Of a DNA stretch of 35,645 bases, positions 1 to 10,318 are shown one piece after another. The DNA lies in assembly GCA_964487175.1 (NCBI GenBank), contig CAZAQZ010000001.1, forward strand, positions 1 to 35,645, written 5' to 3'. Source of the DNA: an uncultured Verrucomicrobiota bacterium. GTDB taxonomy: Bacteria; Verrucomicrobiota; Verrucomicrobiia; Palsa-1439. The number at the start of each line of letters is the position of its first letter. The stretch's first letter is position 1. Both the position numbers and the translations under genes were made by a program. The notes beneath the pieces are model-generated. The model saw only the letters and a list, made by a program, of their open reading frames with translations. It was not told the DNA's origin and did no database searches.

Positions 1-20
1 TTACTTTGGGAGGAAATCGT

Positions 21-76
21 CAAAAGTAACCAAAGTAGCCAAAGTAACCAAAGTACCCAAACTAACCAAAGTAAAC
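21..76. repeat. 9-bp tandem repeat, six head-to-tail copies (consensus CAAAGTAAC)
   Basis: Read directly: caaaagtaac / caaagtagc / caaagtaac / caaagtacc / caaactaac / caaagtaaac. One inverted copy sits at 1-9 (ttactttgg is the reverse complement of ccaaagtaa). The array may continue left of the window. Confidence 0.9.
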
Positions 77-185
77 AGTCGCGTTTTGGGGTGCTTGCAG
101 GGGTGAAAGTTTAACCCAAGTTGCAATTCCTGGCGAGAGCTACCGTTTAGCCCAGTAAAATACTCGTTTAGACGGGTACGTGTAT

Positions 186-737
186 ATGGGTATCACAAGG
201 CATATCATGCGGTTTTTTGGCGGGGACCGGGAAGCGGCGCAGGCGCCGGAGAAACCTGTTTCCCGCCCCATGGAAGTCCCCTACGTCGCCGGTCTTCCGA
301 AGGGAAACGAAACGGTGTTGGTGGCCGAGGACGAGAAACTGATCCGGGAGAACATGGTCTTTGCGCTTCGGCGGCTCGGCTACAAGGTCATTGAGGCAGT
401 CGACGGCGAAGAGGCACTCCAGATTTTTCACGATACAAAGGCCGAGGGCCGTGGAATCGATCTGCTGCTGACGGACTTGGTCATGCCGCGTATGAGCGGC
501 AAGGAACTGGCGTATCGTGTCGGATCACTCTATCCCAAAACCAAGGTGGTGTTTGCCTCCGCGTATCCGGAAAAACTGTCCGTCAACAGCGACGTATTCG
601 ATCAACGGATTCCCTTTCTCCAAAAGCCTGTGTCCACGAGCGCGCTGGCTTATAAGGTCCGCGAAGTCCTCGATGCCGCAAAGCGGGAGCGCCAATACGC
701 CACCCGCGAAGACGAGCATCATTCGGTTGCCGAGTAG
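186..737 (+). CDS. Single-domain response regulator (CheY-like receiver, no output domain)
   Basis: Receiver motifs: acidic pocket VLVAEDE, phospho-acceptor Asp in LLLTDLVMP, conserved Lys in PFLQKP. There is no DNA-binding or enzymatic domain after the REC fold. The start is ambiguous: GTG 180, ATG 186, ATG 207 (preceded by AAGG) or ATG 270. Confidence 0.85.
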   Translation: MGITRHIMRFFGGDREAAQAPEKPVSRPMEVPYVAGLPKGNETVLVAEDEKLIRENMVFALRRLGYKVIEAVDGEEALQIFHDTKAEGRGIDLLLTDLVMPRMSGKELAYRVGSLYPKTKVVFASAYPEKLSVNSDVFDQRIPFLQKPVSTSALAYKVREVLDAAKRERQYATREDEHHSVAE

Positions 738-833
738 TCCAGGCGGAAGACTCCTCGCGGGCAGTTTGGGCTGGCTCATCGGGGCGGCCCATGGCAGATT
801 TCCCAACGTGCTCGACAACCCGCGAATCCAATC

Positions 834-1580
834 ATGGCCAACGTGCCAGAGTTGAAATTCTGTTCACTCGCACTCCGCGATTTCCGTGATGGCACGCCCA
901 TTCCGGTGACATGGCACGAGAAGAAATCGGCGCCGGCGTTGGGAAAGGATGATGTGCACATCTGGCTGGCGAATTGTGGCCAAGGCGGCGGAAAGCCGGA
1001 TGTCCTGAGCGACGACGAAAGGTCGCGGGCGGCAAAGTTTCGCTTCGACCGCGATCGCGACCGATACACCGCGCGGCGCGCAATCCTGCGTCAACTCGTC
1101 GGGCAGTATCTCAAGACCAAACCATCCGGGATCGAGTTCGCGTACAACGAACTCGGCAAACCGGAAATTCTGCAGACTTCCGCTGACGGCGGGTTGCAAT
1201 TCAATCTCTCGAAATCCGGCGAGATGGCGGCGTATGCGTTCACCTTGGGTCGCAGAATCGGGATCGACATCGAGACGATTCGTCCGCAGATGGACTGGAT
1301 GGAAATCGCGGAACGGTTTTTCCATTCGCAGGAAATCTCCATGCTTCGGGAGGTGCCGGAATCGGACCGATCGGAATTATTTTTCTCATACTGGACAATG
1401 AAAGAGGCCTATCTCAAAGCACGCGGTGTGGGATTGCAACAGCCACTGCTGCAAATGGATTTCGCGGCGGTGGTGAACAAGGGGAAGAGCGTGTTTACGG
1501 ACACGGACGGTTCGCGATGGCTTTGCGGTTCGTTCAGGCCCGGTGAAGAAATCATCGGGGCGCTGGTCCTGGAGAGCTGA
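834..1580 (+). CDS. 4'-phosphopantetheinyl transferase, Sfp type
   Basis: Sfp-family motifs appear in order: GKPEI, FNLSKSG, GIDIE, and W-x-x-KEAYLKARG (FFSYWTMKEAYLKARG). The ~248 aa length fits group II PPTases. Confidence 0.9.
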   Translation: MANVPELKFCSLALRDFRDGTPIPVTWHEKKSAPALGKDDVHIWLANCGQGGGKPDVLSDDERSRAAKFRFDRDRDRYTARRAILRQLVGQYLKTKPSGIEFAYNELGKPEILQTSADGGLQFNLSKSGEMAAYAFTLGRRIGIDIETIRPQMDWMEIAERFFHSQEISMLREVPESDRSELFFSYWTMKEAYLKARGVGLQQPLLQMDFAAVVNKGKSVFTDTDGSRWLCGSFRPGEEIIGALVLES

Positions 1581-1587
1581 AAACCGG

Positions 1588-3732
1588 TCAGGCTTTTGGT
1601 CCGCCCGCCTTCTCGGCGGCGCCCTTGGGATAATAACCGTAATCGTAATACGGATCGCCGTAGGCAGACCGGCGCGTGCGCGGCACGGCATTAAGGATCA
1701 CCCCGGAGAGCGGCGCACCGGCCCGTTCGAGGACTTTGATGGCGCGAATGGCGATCATCTTCGGCGTCTTGCGCACCCGGACCACCAGGCATACGGAATC
1801 GATGTGATTGACCAACAGCAATGTGTCACTCACGCCGAAAATTGGCGCGGAATCCACGACGACCCGCTCGAACCGGCGCAACGCTTCTTCCATGAGCGCG
1901 GTGCAGGCGGCCGGCGTCAGCAATTCCGGCGCGCCCGGTGAATAGGGTCCGGCGGAGAGGCACCAGAGATTATTGATCCGTGTTTCCTGCACGAGATCGT
2001 CGAATCGTTGTTTGCCGCCGAGGAATTGCGTCACGCCCCAGGTGTTCCGGTTTTGGCCCCAGAGAAATTCATCCACCATCGGACGGCGCAAATCGCAATC
2101 GATCAACACGGTGCTAAGGCCCTGTTGCGCGAGGCTGACCGCGTAGTTGGCGGCGCAGAACGTCTTGCCTTCGCCGGGCATGGCGCTGGTGAACAAAAAG
2201 CTGCGCAGTTGTTTTTCCTGGCCCTGCATGGAGAGTGAAGTGCGCAGGCAACGGAATGATTCCGCCCCGGAAGTGGGCGTTTCGTCCTCCATGACGATTC
2301 TTCTTTCGCCGACTTTGACGCCGGGGATTTGAGGCACGGTGCTGAGGACAGGCATCTTCAGGATTTGCTCGGCTTCGGCGAGCGTCTTGAAAGAGTCGTC
2401 CAGGAACCCGCGTCCCAAGGCCAGCCCGAGCCCGAGACCCAAGCCAGCCAGTATGCCGAACACGAAGATGGCCGGCCTATTGGGTTTGATCGGTTTCTTG
2501 GGCGTTTCCGCCTTTTGGAAGACCTGAATGCTTTGGGTGGTGTAATTGCCGGCGATGGTTGCTTCGCCCATGCGCTTGACCACGGAATCGTACAGGGCGC
2601 GGTACTGCTCGATGTCGCGCATCAGGACGTTATAAGGCACAAACTGCTTGTTCAGCGCCTGCGCCTGTTCCTCCTGTTTGGACAATTCGTTTCCGAGGGC
2701 GACCTCCTGTGCGAGGGCATTTTCGTAGGCAACGCCAGTCACTTGCGCGGCTTTGACCACGGTGTTGGACAGCGCCTGATCGAGCTGGTCGAGCTTGTTT
2801 TCCGCCTGGATGTAAGTCGGATGCTTATCGAGATAGACCTGCCTGATGTTCGCGAATTCGATCTCCTGTTTGGTGACATCGGCCCTGGCTGCAGCCACTC
2901 CCGGGTCGGCGGCAATCGCGGGCAGACCCATCAGTTGTTGCACGTCGTCACCGACTTCATGCACGCGCTGGAACACAGTCTCCAGGCGCACGCGTTCGGC
3001 CTTGGCGGACTCCACTTTTTCATTCAGTCCCTTGAGGTTCTCGGCAACAATGGCCTGCCGCTGTTCGAGCGTGAGGGACTGGTCCTTGTAGGTCTGTAAT
3101 TTGGATTCGGCTTCATTCAACTTATGCTGCAATTCCTGGGCTTCCTCCCCGAGGAACGCCACGGCTTCTTGCGAGGCTTCCTTGTAGGATTCGGAATTCT
3201 GCCGGATGATCTCGTCGAGCATGGAGTTGGCGATTTGGGTGCAGAGTCGCGGGTCAGAGTGCTCGATGGTCACATCGATCAAATGCGTGCCCTTTCGCAG
3301 TTTGATGGAGGTCATCACGAATAATTTCGACTCGAGGATGACTTCGCGGGCGGGGGTCAGCGGTCCTGGCAGGTCGAACCGCGGATCGCGCGTCAGATTG
3401 TTGGTGGCGACGATGCGAGCCAGCGTGGAGGGGTTCTTCAGCAGTTGCTCGATCTCCGTCACTTTCTCCGACATCACATCTTCGCCGTGCGCGTCGTCGT
3501 GGCCCAGGCCTTCCATGTTGAGAATCTTGGGTTGCGCCGGTTCATACTTCAAAACCCCTGTGGCGGCGTAGACAGTGGGGGCGCGCGTGAGATAAATGGT
3601 CGTCAGGACCACCGCGATCACCAGGCAAAAGGTGATCAACCGGTAGTTTTCCAGAAGCATGTAAACGACATTTCGCCAGTCGAATGGAGGAGCGGTCGTT
3701 TCTTCTGATTGTTGGTAATCCTCGTCAAACAT
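1588..3732 (-). CDS. Polysaccharide co-polymerase / tyrosine autokinase (PCP-2a, Wzc/EpsB/GumC-like)
   Basis: There are two TM segments (VYMLLENYRLITFCLVIAVVLTTIYL and AIFVFGILAGLGLGLGLALG) flanking a long coiled-coil-like region. The C-terminal BY-kinase domain has Walker A (PGEGKT), A' (VLIDCDLRRP) and B (VVVDSAP), plus a Tyr-rich tail (YGDPYYDYGYY). Confidence 0.92.
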   Translation of the reverse strand: MFDEDYQQSEETTAPPFDWRNVVYMLLENYRLITFCLVIAVVLTTIYLTRAPTVYAATGVLKYEPAQPKILNMEGLGHDDAHGEDVMSEKVTEIEQLLKNPSTLARIVATNNLTRDPRFDLPGPLTPAREVILESKLFVMTSIKLRKGTHLIDVTIEHSDPRLCTQIANSMLDEIIRQNSESYKEASQEAVAFLGEEAQELQHKLNEAESKLQTYKDQSLTLEQRQAIVAENLKGLNEKVESAKAERVRLETVFQRVHEVGDDVQQLMGLPAIAADPGVAAARADVTKQEIEFANIRQVYLDKHPTYIQAENKLDQLDQALSNTVVKAAQVTGVAYENALAQEVALGNELSKQEEQAQALNKQFVPYNVLMRDIEQYRALYDSVVKRMGEATIAGNYTTQSIQVFQKAETPKKPIKPNRPAIFVFGILAGLGLGLGLALGRGFLDDSFKTLAEAEQILKMPVLSTVPQIPGVKVGERRIVMEDETPTSGAESFRCLRTSLSMQGQEKQLRSFLFTSAMPGEGKTFCAANYAVSLAQQGLSTVLIDCDLRRPMVDEFLWGQNRNTWGVTQFLGGKQRFDDLVQETRINNLWCLSAGPYSPGAPELLTPAACTALMEEALRRFERVVVDSAPIFGVSDTLLLVNHIDSVCLVVRVRKTPKMIAIRAIKVLERAGAPLSGVILNAVPRTRRSAYGDPYYDYGYYPKGAAEKAGGPKA

Positions 3733-4442
3733 CTCGATGGCTCAATATGACTTGGTTGCAGACACTAACAAAAGTAAAAGCACAAATCAAACCGATGGGA
3801 CCGGTTCTGTCGTCATTTCGTGGCAAAAAACACCCCAAGGCAGCGTTCTCAAGGGGAAAAGGCTTTGGACTGGCCCATCGGTAACCTGGGCTGTGGGAGG
3901 CACCTTGATTTGCGAGCCCCGGTGTTCAGTTTGCCGGACATTGTTGTTCAGGCTGTCCAGTTGAAATGTAAGATTTCCAGAACAGTGTGGCCCTTTGCGA
4001 CCCCGATAAAGGCGATTATTTTATGGACTAATGCTCGACAAACGAGCGAGTTAGCACTACGATTTAGAATCGCCTGCCAAACCTTATTTTTATTGGCACG
4101 CGGGGCGCTTAGGATGGCGAGTGCGAGTTTGTTCAATGTGGCGATCGGGCTCAAGGAAGTCAAATCAACGAACCACCGAGGGTGGATCGAGCAAAATGCT
4201 CGATTTCACCCCCCGGCGAAGCCGTCGTAAATTGATTTCTCGATGGGCGTTTCCACGGATTTGCATAGCGAAACCACGTTGAGGCAATGAGTTCGGGGCG
4301 GAGCGCACTGTTGCATCGCGCTTCGGCGCCCGTGTGAGGATGTGCTCCAAAGTCCCCTGTACGGACAGACTTGGAGAGTTGTGCATATACAGGTCGAATA
4401 GGCCTTGGCAGGGTTGTTGCATCCACAGATGTGACCGCCAGT

Positions 4443-4454
4443 GGCGGCAGCTTG
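4443..4454 (+). promoter_or_regulatory. ops-like motif GGCGGCAGCTTG in the operon leader (tentative)
   Basis: It differs from the enterobacterial ops element GGCGGTAGnnTG only at the T6 position. It lies 37-48 nt upstream of the wzm ATG on the non-template strand. GGCGG is also the 3' arm of a small hairpin (ccgcc-agt-ggcgg, 4435-4447). A short motif like this could occur by chance. Confidence 0.2.
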
Positions 4455-4490
4455 CTTGGATTTGAGTCTGAAACAGCGAAATAGGTTCCA

Positions 4491-5381
4491 ATGAGTACGA
4501 TCTCGACCACTTCAACCACACCTGTTGCTCCCGAAGAGAAACAGGTTGTCCACAAGCCGGAGTTGCATTTGCTCCGGCTCCAGTCGTCCAAAGGCTGGGT
4601 GTCACTCAATCTGCGGGAACTGTGGGAGTTCCGCGAACTGCTCTATTTCCTTACGTGGCGGGACATCAAGATCCGTTACAAGCAGACCGCCTTGGGTGCG
4701 TCCTGGGCGATCATCCAGCCCGTGTTTACGATGATCGTGTTCAGCATATTCTTCGGGAAACTGGCGAAGATGCCTTCGGACGGGATTCCGTATCCCATTT
4801 TCAGTTTCACCGCGTTGGTGCCGTGGACGCTGTTCGTGTACGGGTTGATGCAATCGTCGAACAGCCTGGTCGGCAGCGCGAACCTGATCCGCAAAGTGTA
4901 TTTCCCGCGCCTGGTCATCCCGATTTCGTCGCTGCTTTCCGGCGTGGCGGATTTTCTCGTCGCGTTTGCCGTGCTGCTATGCATGATGGCCTATTTCAAA
5001 ATCATCCCCAGCATCCACGTGATCTACGTGCCCTTCTTCCTGTTGCTGACAATTATCACGTCGCTCGGGGTCGGATTATGGCTCTCCGCCCTGAACGTGC
5101 AATACCGCGACGTGAAATATGTGGTGCCGTTTCTGACACAATTCTGGATGTATGCCACGCCGATTGCGTATCCCAGCAGCCTGTTGCACGAACCATGGCG
5201 CACCTTGTTTGGTTTGAACCCGATGACGGGTGTTGTCGAGGGTTTCCGCTGGAGTTTGCTGGGATCGAAGACGTATCCGGGATCGATGCTGATCATGTCC
5301 ACGGCCGTGGCCTTGCTGATGTTGGTCAGTGGCGCGTATTATTTCCGTCGCATGGAACGCACGTTCTCTGACCTGGTTTAA
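4491..5381 (+). CDS. wzm: ABC-2 type polysaccharide export permease (Wzm/KpsM/TagG family)
   Basis: The ABC-2 signature region is WEFRELLYFLTWRDIKIRYKQTALGASWAIIQP, followed by about six hydrophobic segments. The length (296 aa) is typical for Wzm. Confidence 0.92.
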   Translation: MSTISTTSTTPVAPEEKQVVHKPELHLLRLQSSKGWVSLNLRELWEFRELLYFLTWRDIKIRYKQTALGASWAIIQPVFTMIVFSIFFGKLAKMPSDGIPYPIFSFTALVPWTLFVYGLMQSSNSLVGSANLIRKVYFPRLVIPISSLLSGVADFLVAFAVLLCMMAYFKIIPSIHVIYVPFFLLLTIITSLGVGLWLSALNVQYRDVKYVVPFLTQFWMYATPIAYPSSLLHEPWRTLFGLNPMTGVVEGFRWSLLGSKTYPGSMLIMSTAVALLMLVSGAYYFRRMERTFSDLV

Positions 5382-6434
5382 TGAATTCGCACGATTCAAA
5401 GTCCGCGCTCCTCGGCAAGTTGGGCCTCCAGCCTGATGCGGGCCGCTGCCTGATCATTGGCGAAGTGGCGCAGGCGCATGATGGCAGTGTGGGGCTGGCC
5501 CATTCGTTCATCGACGCCATTGCCGCTGCCGGGGCCGATGCGGTCAAGTTTCAGACCCACATTGCCGCCGCCGAGAGCACTCCGGCCGAGCCATGGCGCG
5601 TGAAGTTCAGTCGGCAGGATGAAAGCCGCTTCGCCTACTGGAAGCGGATGGAGTTTACCGAACAACAGTGGATTGAGCTGAAACGACACGCCGACGAGCG
5701 TGGGCTGCTGTTCCTCAGTTCGCCGTTTTCGCTGGAAGCCGTCGAATTGCTCGAACGGGTCGGCGTTTGCGCCTGGAAGGTTGCTTCCGGCGAAATCGGC
5801 GGATCGATGATGTTCGACCGGATGGCCAAAACAAAACTGCCGATGCTGCTGTCCACCGGAATGAGCCCGATGGAGGAAATCGACCGTGCGGTCGATCAAG
5901 TCAAGCAGTGCGGCCTGCCGCTGGTCGTGCTTCAATGCACGACGGCATATCCCTGCCCGCCCGAGAAGGTGGGTTTGAATCTGATTCCGATTCTTCGCGA
6001 GCGGTACCAGACGGCTGTGGGATTGTCCGATCATTCCGGAACGATCTATCCAGGTCTGGCGGCCGCAACGCTGGGAATTTCCGTCCTGGAAGTGCACGTG
6101 GCGCTCAGCCGCGAAATGCACGGCCCGGACGTGTCCGCTTCGGTCACGACGGCGGAGTTGAAACAATTGGTGGACGGCGTGCGCTTCATCGAAAAGATGA
6201 AGGCCAGCCCCATCGACAAGAACGGTCTCGCCGCCGAACTGCGGCCGTTGCGTGAATTGTTCGGCAAAAGCATCGTGGCGCGCCGGGATTTGCCTGCCGG
6301 CACGGTATTGAAGCTGGAACATCTCGCCCTCAGAAAACCCGGCAGCGGTCTGCCGGAGAAGAAACTCAGTCGGGTCTTGAATCGCAAACTCCGCGTTCCG
6401 CTTTCGGTCAACGCGTTTATTTTGGAGGAGCACC

Positions 6435-6442
<8 letters not shown>
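5381..6442 (+). CDS. neuB: N-acetylneuraminate (nonulosonate) synthase, NeuB family
   Basis: N-terminal TIM-barrel motif IIGEVAQAHDGS with KFQTH. The C-terminal SAF domain reads IVARRDLPAGTVLKLEHLALRKPGSGL. Its ATG overlaps the wzm stop (TAATG). Confidence 0.9.
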
Positions 6443-7654
<1,212 letters not shown>

Positions 7655-7667
<13 letters not shown>

Positions 7668-8356
7668 GAATCGTCACCGCGCGCGGCGGCTCCAAGGGCA
7701 TTCCGGGCAAGAATATTCGCCCGATCTGCGGGAAGCCGTTGCTACAATACACCGCCGAAACGGCCCTCGCGGCGAAGCGCCTGACGCGCGTTGTCCTCAA
7801 TACGGACGACGAGGAAATTGCCGCAGTGGGACGTCGATGCGGGCTCGAGGTGCCGTTCATGCGGCCGCCCGAATTGGCCAAGGACGATACGCCGCACGTG
7901 CCTGTGTTGCAGGACGTGGTGAGGAAATTGGAACAGGCTGGAGAGAAATACGACGCGATCCTGACGTTGCAGCCAACGAATCCGTTGCGGCTGCCGTCCG
8001 ACATCGACGGAGCGATCGAGTTGCTTGAGAAAACCGGAGCCGATTCTGTGATTTCGTTTGTCCCTGTCGGCGAGAAACATCCGGCCCGGATGAAGTTCAT
8101 CGACGATGACGGCCGCGTGATTGATCCGCCGTTTGCCGAGAAGTTTGAAGGACAACGCCGGCAGGATCTGCAAAAACTTTTTCTGCGCGAAGGGTCGATT
8201 TACCTGACCCGTCGGGATGTGCTGATGATTCACAATTCTCTCAAAGGCCGCGATTGCCGTGCGTGGATCATCCCCGAAGATCGTGCCTGCAATATTGATA
8301 CGCCATTCGATCTGTTTCTCGTGGAGCAGTTGTTGAAACACCATGGCCGCGCCTAA
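7655..8356 (+). CDS. neuA: Acylneuraminate cytidylyltransferase (CMP-nonulosonate synthetase), short form
   Basis: N-terminal motif TARGGSKGIPGKNI. At 233 aa it is the cytidylyltransferase domain only, with no C-terminal esterase domain. It overlaps neuC by 13 nt. Confidence 0.9.
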
Positions 8357-9350
8357 GCCAGTCATTCTCGTTACGGAGTCGCTCGACTTCTCCAAGGAAG
8401 CCGTCGCCATGCTCCGCCGCGTGGGTAAAGTGGTCCTCAGCGACCTTGACCGTCCCCGTCTGTTGCGAGCCGTTGCACAGGCCGACGTTCTCTGGATACG
8501 GTTGCGCCATCGCATCGACGCGGAAGTGATGGATCACGCGCCGCGCCTGAAATTCATCGTCAGTCCCACCACCGGCCTGAACCACATCGATCTCGAAGAA
8601 GCGTCGCGTCGCGGTATCCGCGTGCTCTCGCTGCGCGGGGAAACTGAATTTCTGAAGAACGTTCACGCCACGGCGGAACATACCGTCGGTTTGTTGCTCG
8701 CCCTGGTGCGCCACATTCCCGAATCGAGGTCCCACGTCATCAGCGGCGGCTGGATTCGCGATCGTTTCCGCGGCAATGAACTTCAAGGCAAGACGGCAGG
8801 TGTCGTGGGTTACGGACGATTGGGCCGGATCGTCGCGCACATCCTTCTCGCATTTGAAATGCGGGTGCTGGCAAGCGATCCACACGTGTGGACTACCGAC
8901 GCCGATCCGGGAGTGGAAATCGTGCCGTTGAACGAATTGTTGCGCGAGTCTGATGTCGTTTCACTGCATGTAAACCTCTACGCCGAGACCAGCGGCTTCT
9001 TTGGGGCCAACCATTTCGCACAAATGAAACCCGGCGCGTGGTTCATCAACACCGCGCGCGGTGAATTGGTGGACGAGGCGGCTTTGTTGGAATCACTGCA
9101 GACGGGCCGGTTAAGCGGCGCGGCGGTGGACGTGTTGTCCGACGAGCGTTCCACGGGCATGAACAATCATCCGTTGGTTCAGTACGCGCGCCAGCATGAG
9201 AACCTGATCGTAACGCCGCACATCGGTGGATGCACGATAGAGTCCATGGAGAAAACGGAATTGCACATGGCCAAGAAGCTTTGTGATGCGTTGTCGGCGA
9301 AGAGCGCTGATGTGCCGCCGCTTTCGGCATCTGAGGTTCGGCCGTCATGA
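8343..9350 (+). CDS. D-isomer-specific 2-hydroxyacid dehydrogenase (SerA/glycerate dehydrogenase-like), NAD-binding
   Basis: Rossmann motif GKTAGVVGYGRLGRIVA. Catalytic-region motifs are NTARGELVDEAAL, DVLSDE and TPHIGG (catalytic His). It overlaps neuA by 14 nt. Confidence 0.88.
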   Translation: MAAPKPVILVTESLDFSKEAVAMLRRVGKVVLSDLDRPRLLRAVAQADVLWIRLRHRIDAEVMDHAPRLKFIVSPTTGLNHIDLEEASRRGIRVLSLRGETEFLKNVHATAEHTVGLLLALVRHIPESRSHVISGGWIRDRFRGNELQGKTAGVVGYGRLGRIVAHILLAFEMRVLASDPHVWTTDADPGVEIVPLNELLRESDVVSLHVNLYAETSGFFGANHFAQMKPGAWFINTARGELVDEAALLESLQTGRLSGAAVDVLSDERSTGMNNHPLVQYARQHENLIVTPHIGGCTIESMEKTELHMAKKLCDALSAKSADVPPLSASEVRPS

Positions 9351-10318
9351 ACCAAACCGGATCTGAGAACATCAAGATGTCCGTGATTATCCGCTGCCGC
9401 AACGAGGCGAACAGCCTGCGTCAGTTGTTCGATGCTTTAAAGTCCCAGAAGTGCAGTTTTCCCTGGGAGATCGTGGTAGTGGACAACGCCTCCGAAGACA
9501 ACACTCAGGAAGTCTGCCGCCAGTACGGTGTACGCGTCGCGTTCCTGCCTCGTGGGGAATTCACTTACGGTCGCGCCACCAACGTCGGCATTCAGCACGC
9601 GCGCGGTGAACTGATCATGCTCATGAGCGCGCACGCAATGCCCATCGGCTCCCACTTTTTCGAAAGCGCTGTGGCGCCGTTCGTCGATCCGACCATCGCC
9701 GCGGCTCGTTGTCTCTGGCTGGGCAGCAAGAAGGAAATTCTGACCCAATGGCACAAGCCGAAGGACATCCAATACAAGTCGGCGGAGGAGCAAAAGCTGG
9801 CCGAGTCCGGCACGAAATGGCTGGGCGAATACCCAACCGCGGGTTGCTGCGTATTGCGTCGCTCGGTGTGGGAAGAGGTCAAGTACGATGAGAAACTTGA
9901 AGCCAACGAGGACAAATTCTGGGCGTCTCAGGTCCTCGCGCGCGGCCACAAAATCCGGTCCTGCTCCGAAGCAATGTGGATGTACACGCGCCAATACCAG
10001 CCGCGCGATCGCTGGCGCAAGGACAACCGCGAACATCTCGCACTATACCGGATCACCGGACGCGCACCATTGAGTTGGTCAGCCTATTTCTCCAAGTGCG
10101 CGAAGGCGGTATTGAGCGCGCCGGTGATGGCTATTCGGTACGCTTCCGGGATCATCATTTGGAACACGTATCTGGTGACCATTCCATGGCAGTCACGCCG
10201 CGCGCACAAACCCGGCAGTCTGCCGGAATTCGAGAAGGGGTTGAAGACGATTTCCCCAGCGCCGAATGCACCCGCACCCGCGCCGACGAGCGTGACTCCG
10301 GCCGCCAGCGCCAAGTAA
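9347..10318 (+). CDS. Glycosyltransferase family 2
   Basis: N-terminal GT-A signature SVIIRCRNEANSL...EIVVVDNASEDNT. ATGA overlap with the dehydrogenase gene. Confidence 0.85.
   Translation: MNQTGSENIKMSVIIRCRNEANSLRQLFDALKSQKCSFPWEIVVVDNASEDNTQEVCRQYGVRVAFLPRGEFTYGRATNVGIQHARGELIMLMSAHAMPIGSHFFESAVAPFVDPTIAAARCLWLGSKKEILTQWHKPKDIQYKSAEEQKLAESGTKWLGEYPTAGCCVLRRSVWEEVKYDEKLEANEDKFWASQVLARGHKIRSCSEAMWMYTRQYQPRDRWRKDNREHLALYRITGRAPLSWSAYFSKCAKAVLSAPVMAIRYASGIIIWNTYLVTIPWQSRRAHKPGSLPEFEKGLKTISPAPNAPAPAPTSVTPAASAK

Noticed and set aside
1-192. Stop-free - strand reading frame across the 9-bp repeat, ending ...FTLVSLGTLVTLATLVTFDDFLPK* with its stop at positions 3-1.
   Set aside because: There is no ATG, GTG or TTG-supported start with a ribosome-binding site in the 64 open codons, and an in-frame TGA lies at 193-195. 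It most likely arises by chance because the repeat period is a multiple of three.
4094-4108. Sigma-54-like promoter TGGCACGCGGGGCGC: a perfect -24 TGGCAC, with GC at the correct GG-N10-GC spacing.
   Set aside because: The -12 element is GCGC rather than TTGC(A/T). The site is about 380 nt upstream of wzm. No enhancer-binding AAA+ activator is present in the window, since the local response regulator is receiver-only. This is too weak to call.
3820-4609. ORFs in the wzc/wzm intergenic region: 3820-4230 (+, 136 aa), 3948-4163 (-, 71 aa), 4160-4609 and 4165-4605 (-).
   Set aside because: They have no recognisable motifs and a composition unlike neighbouring genes. The - strand ORFs run into the wzm start. 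I treated the region as non-coding regulatory DNA, though a small protein cannot be strictly excluded.
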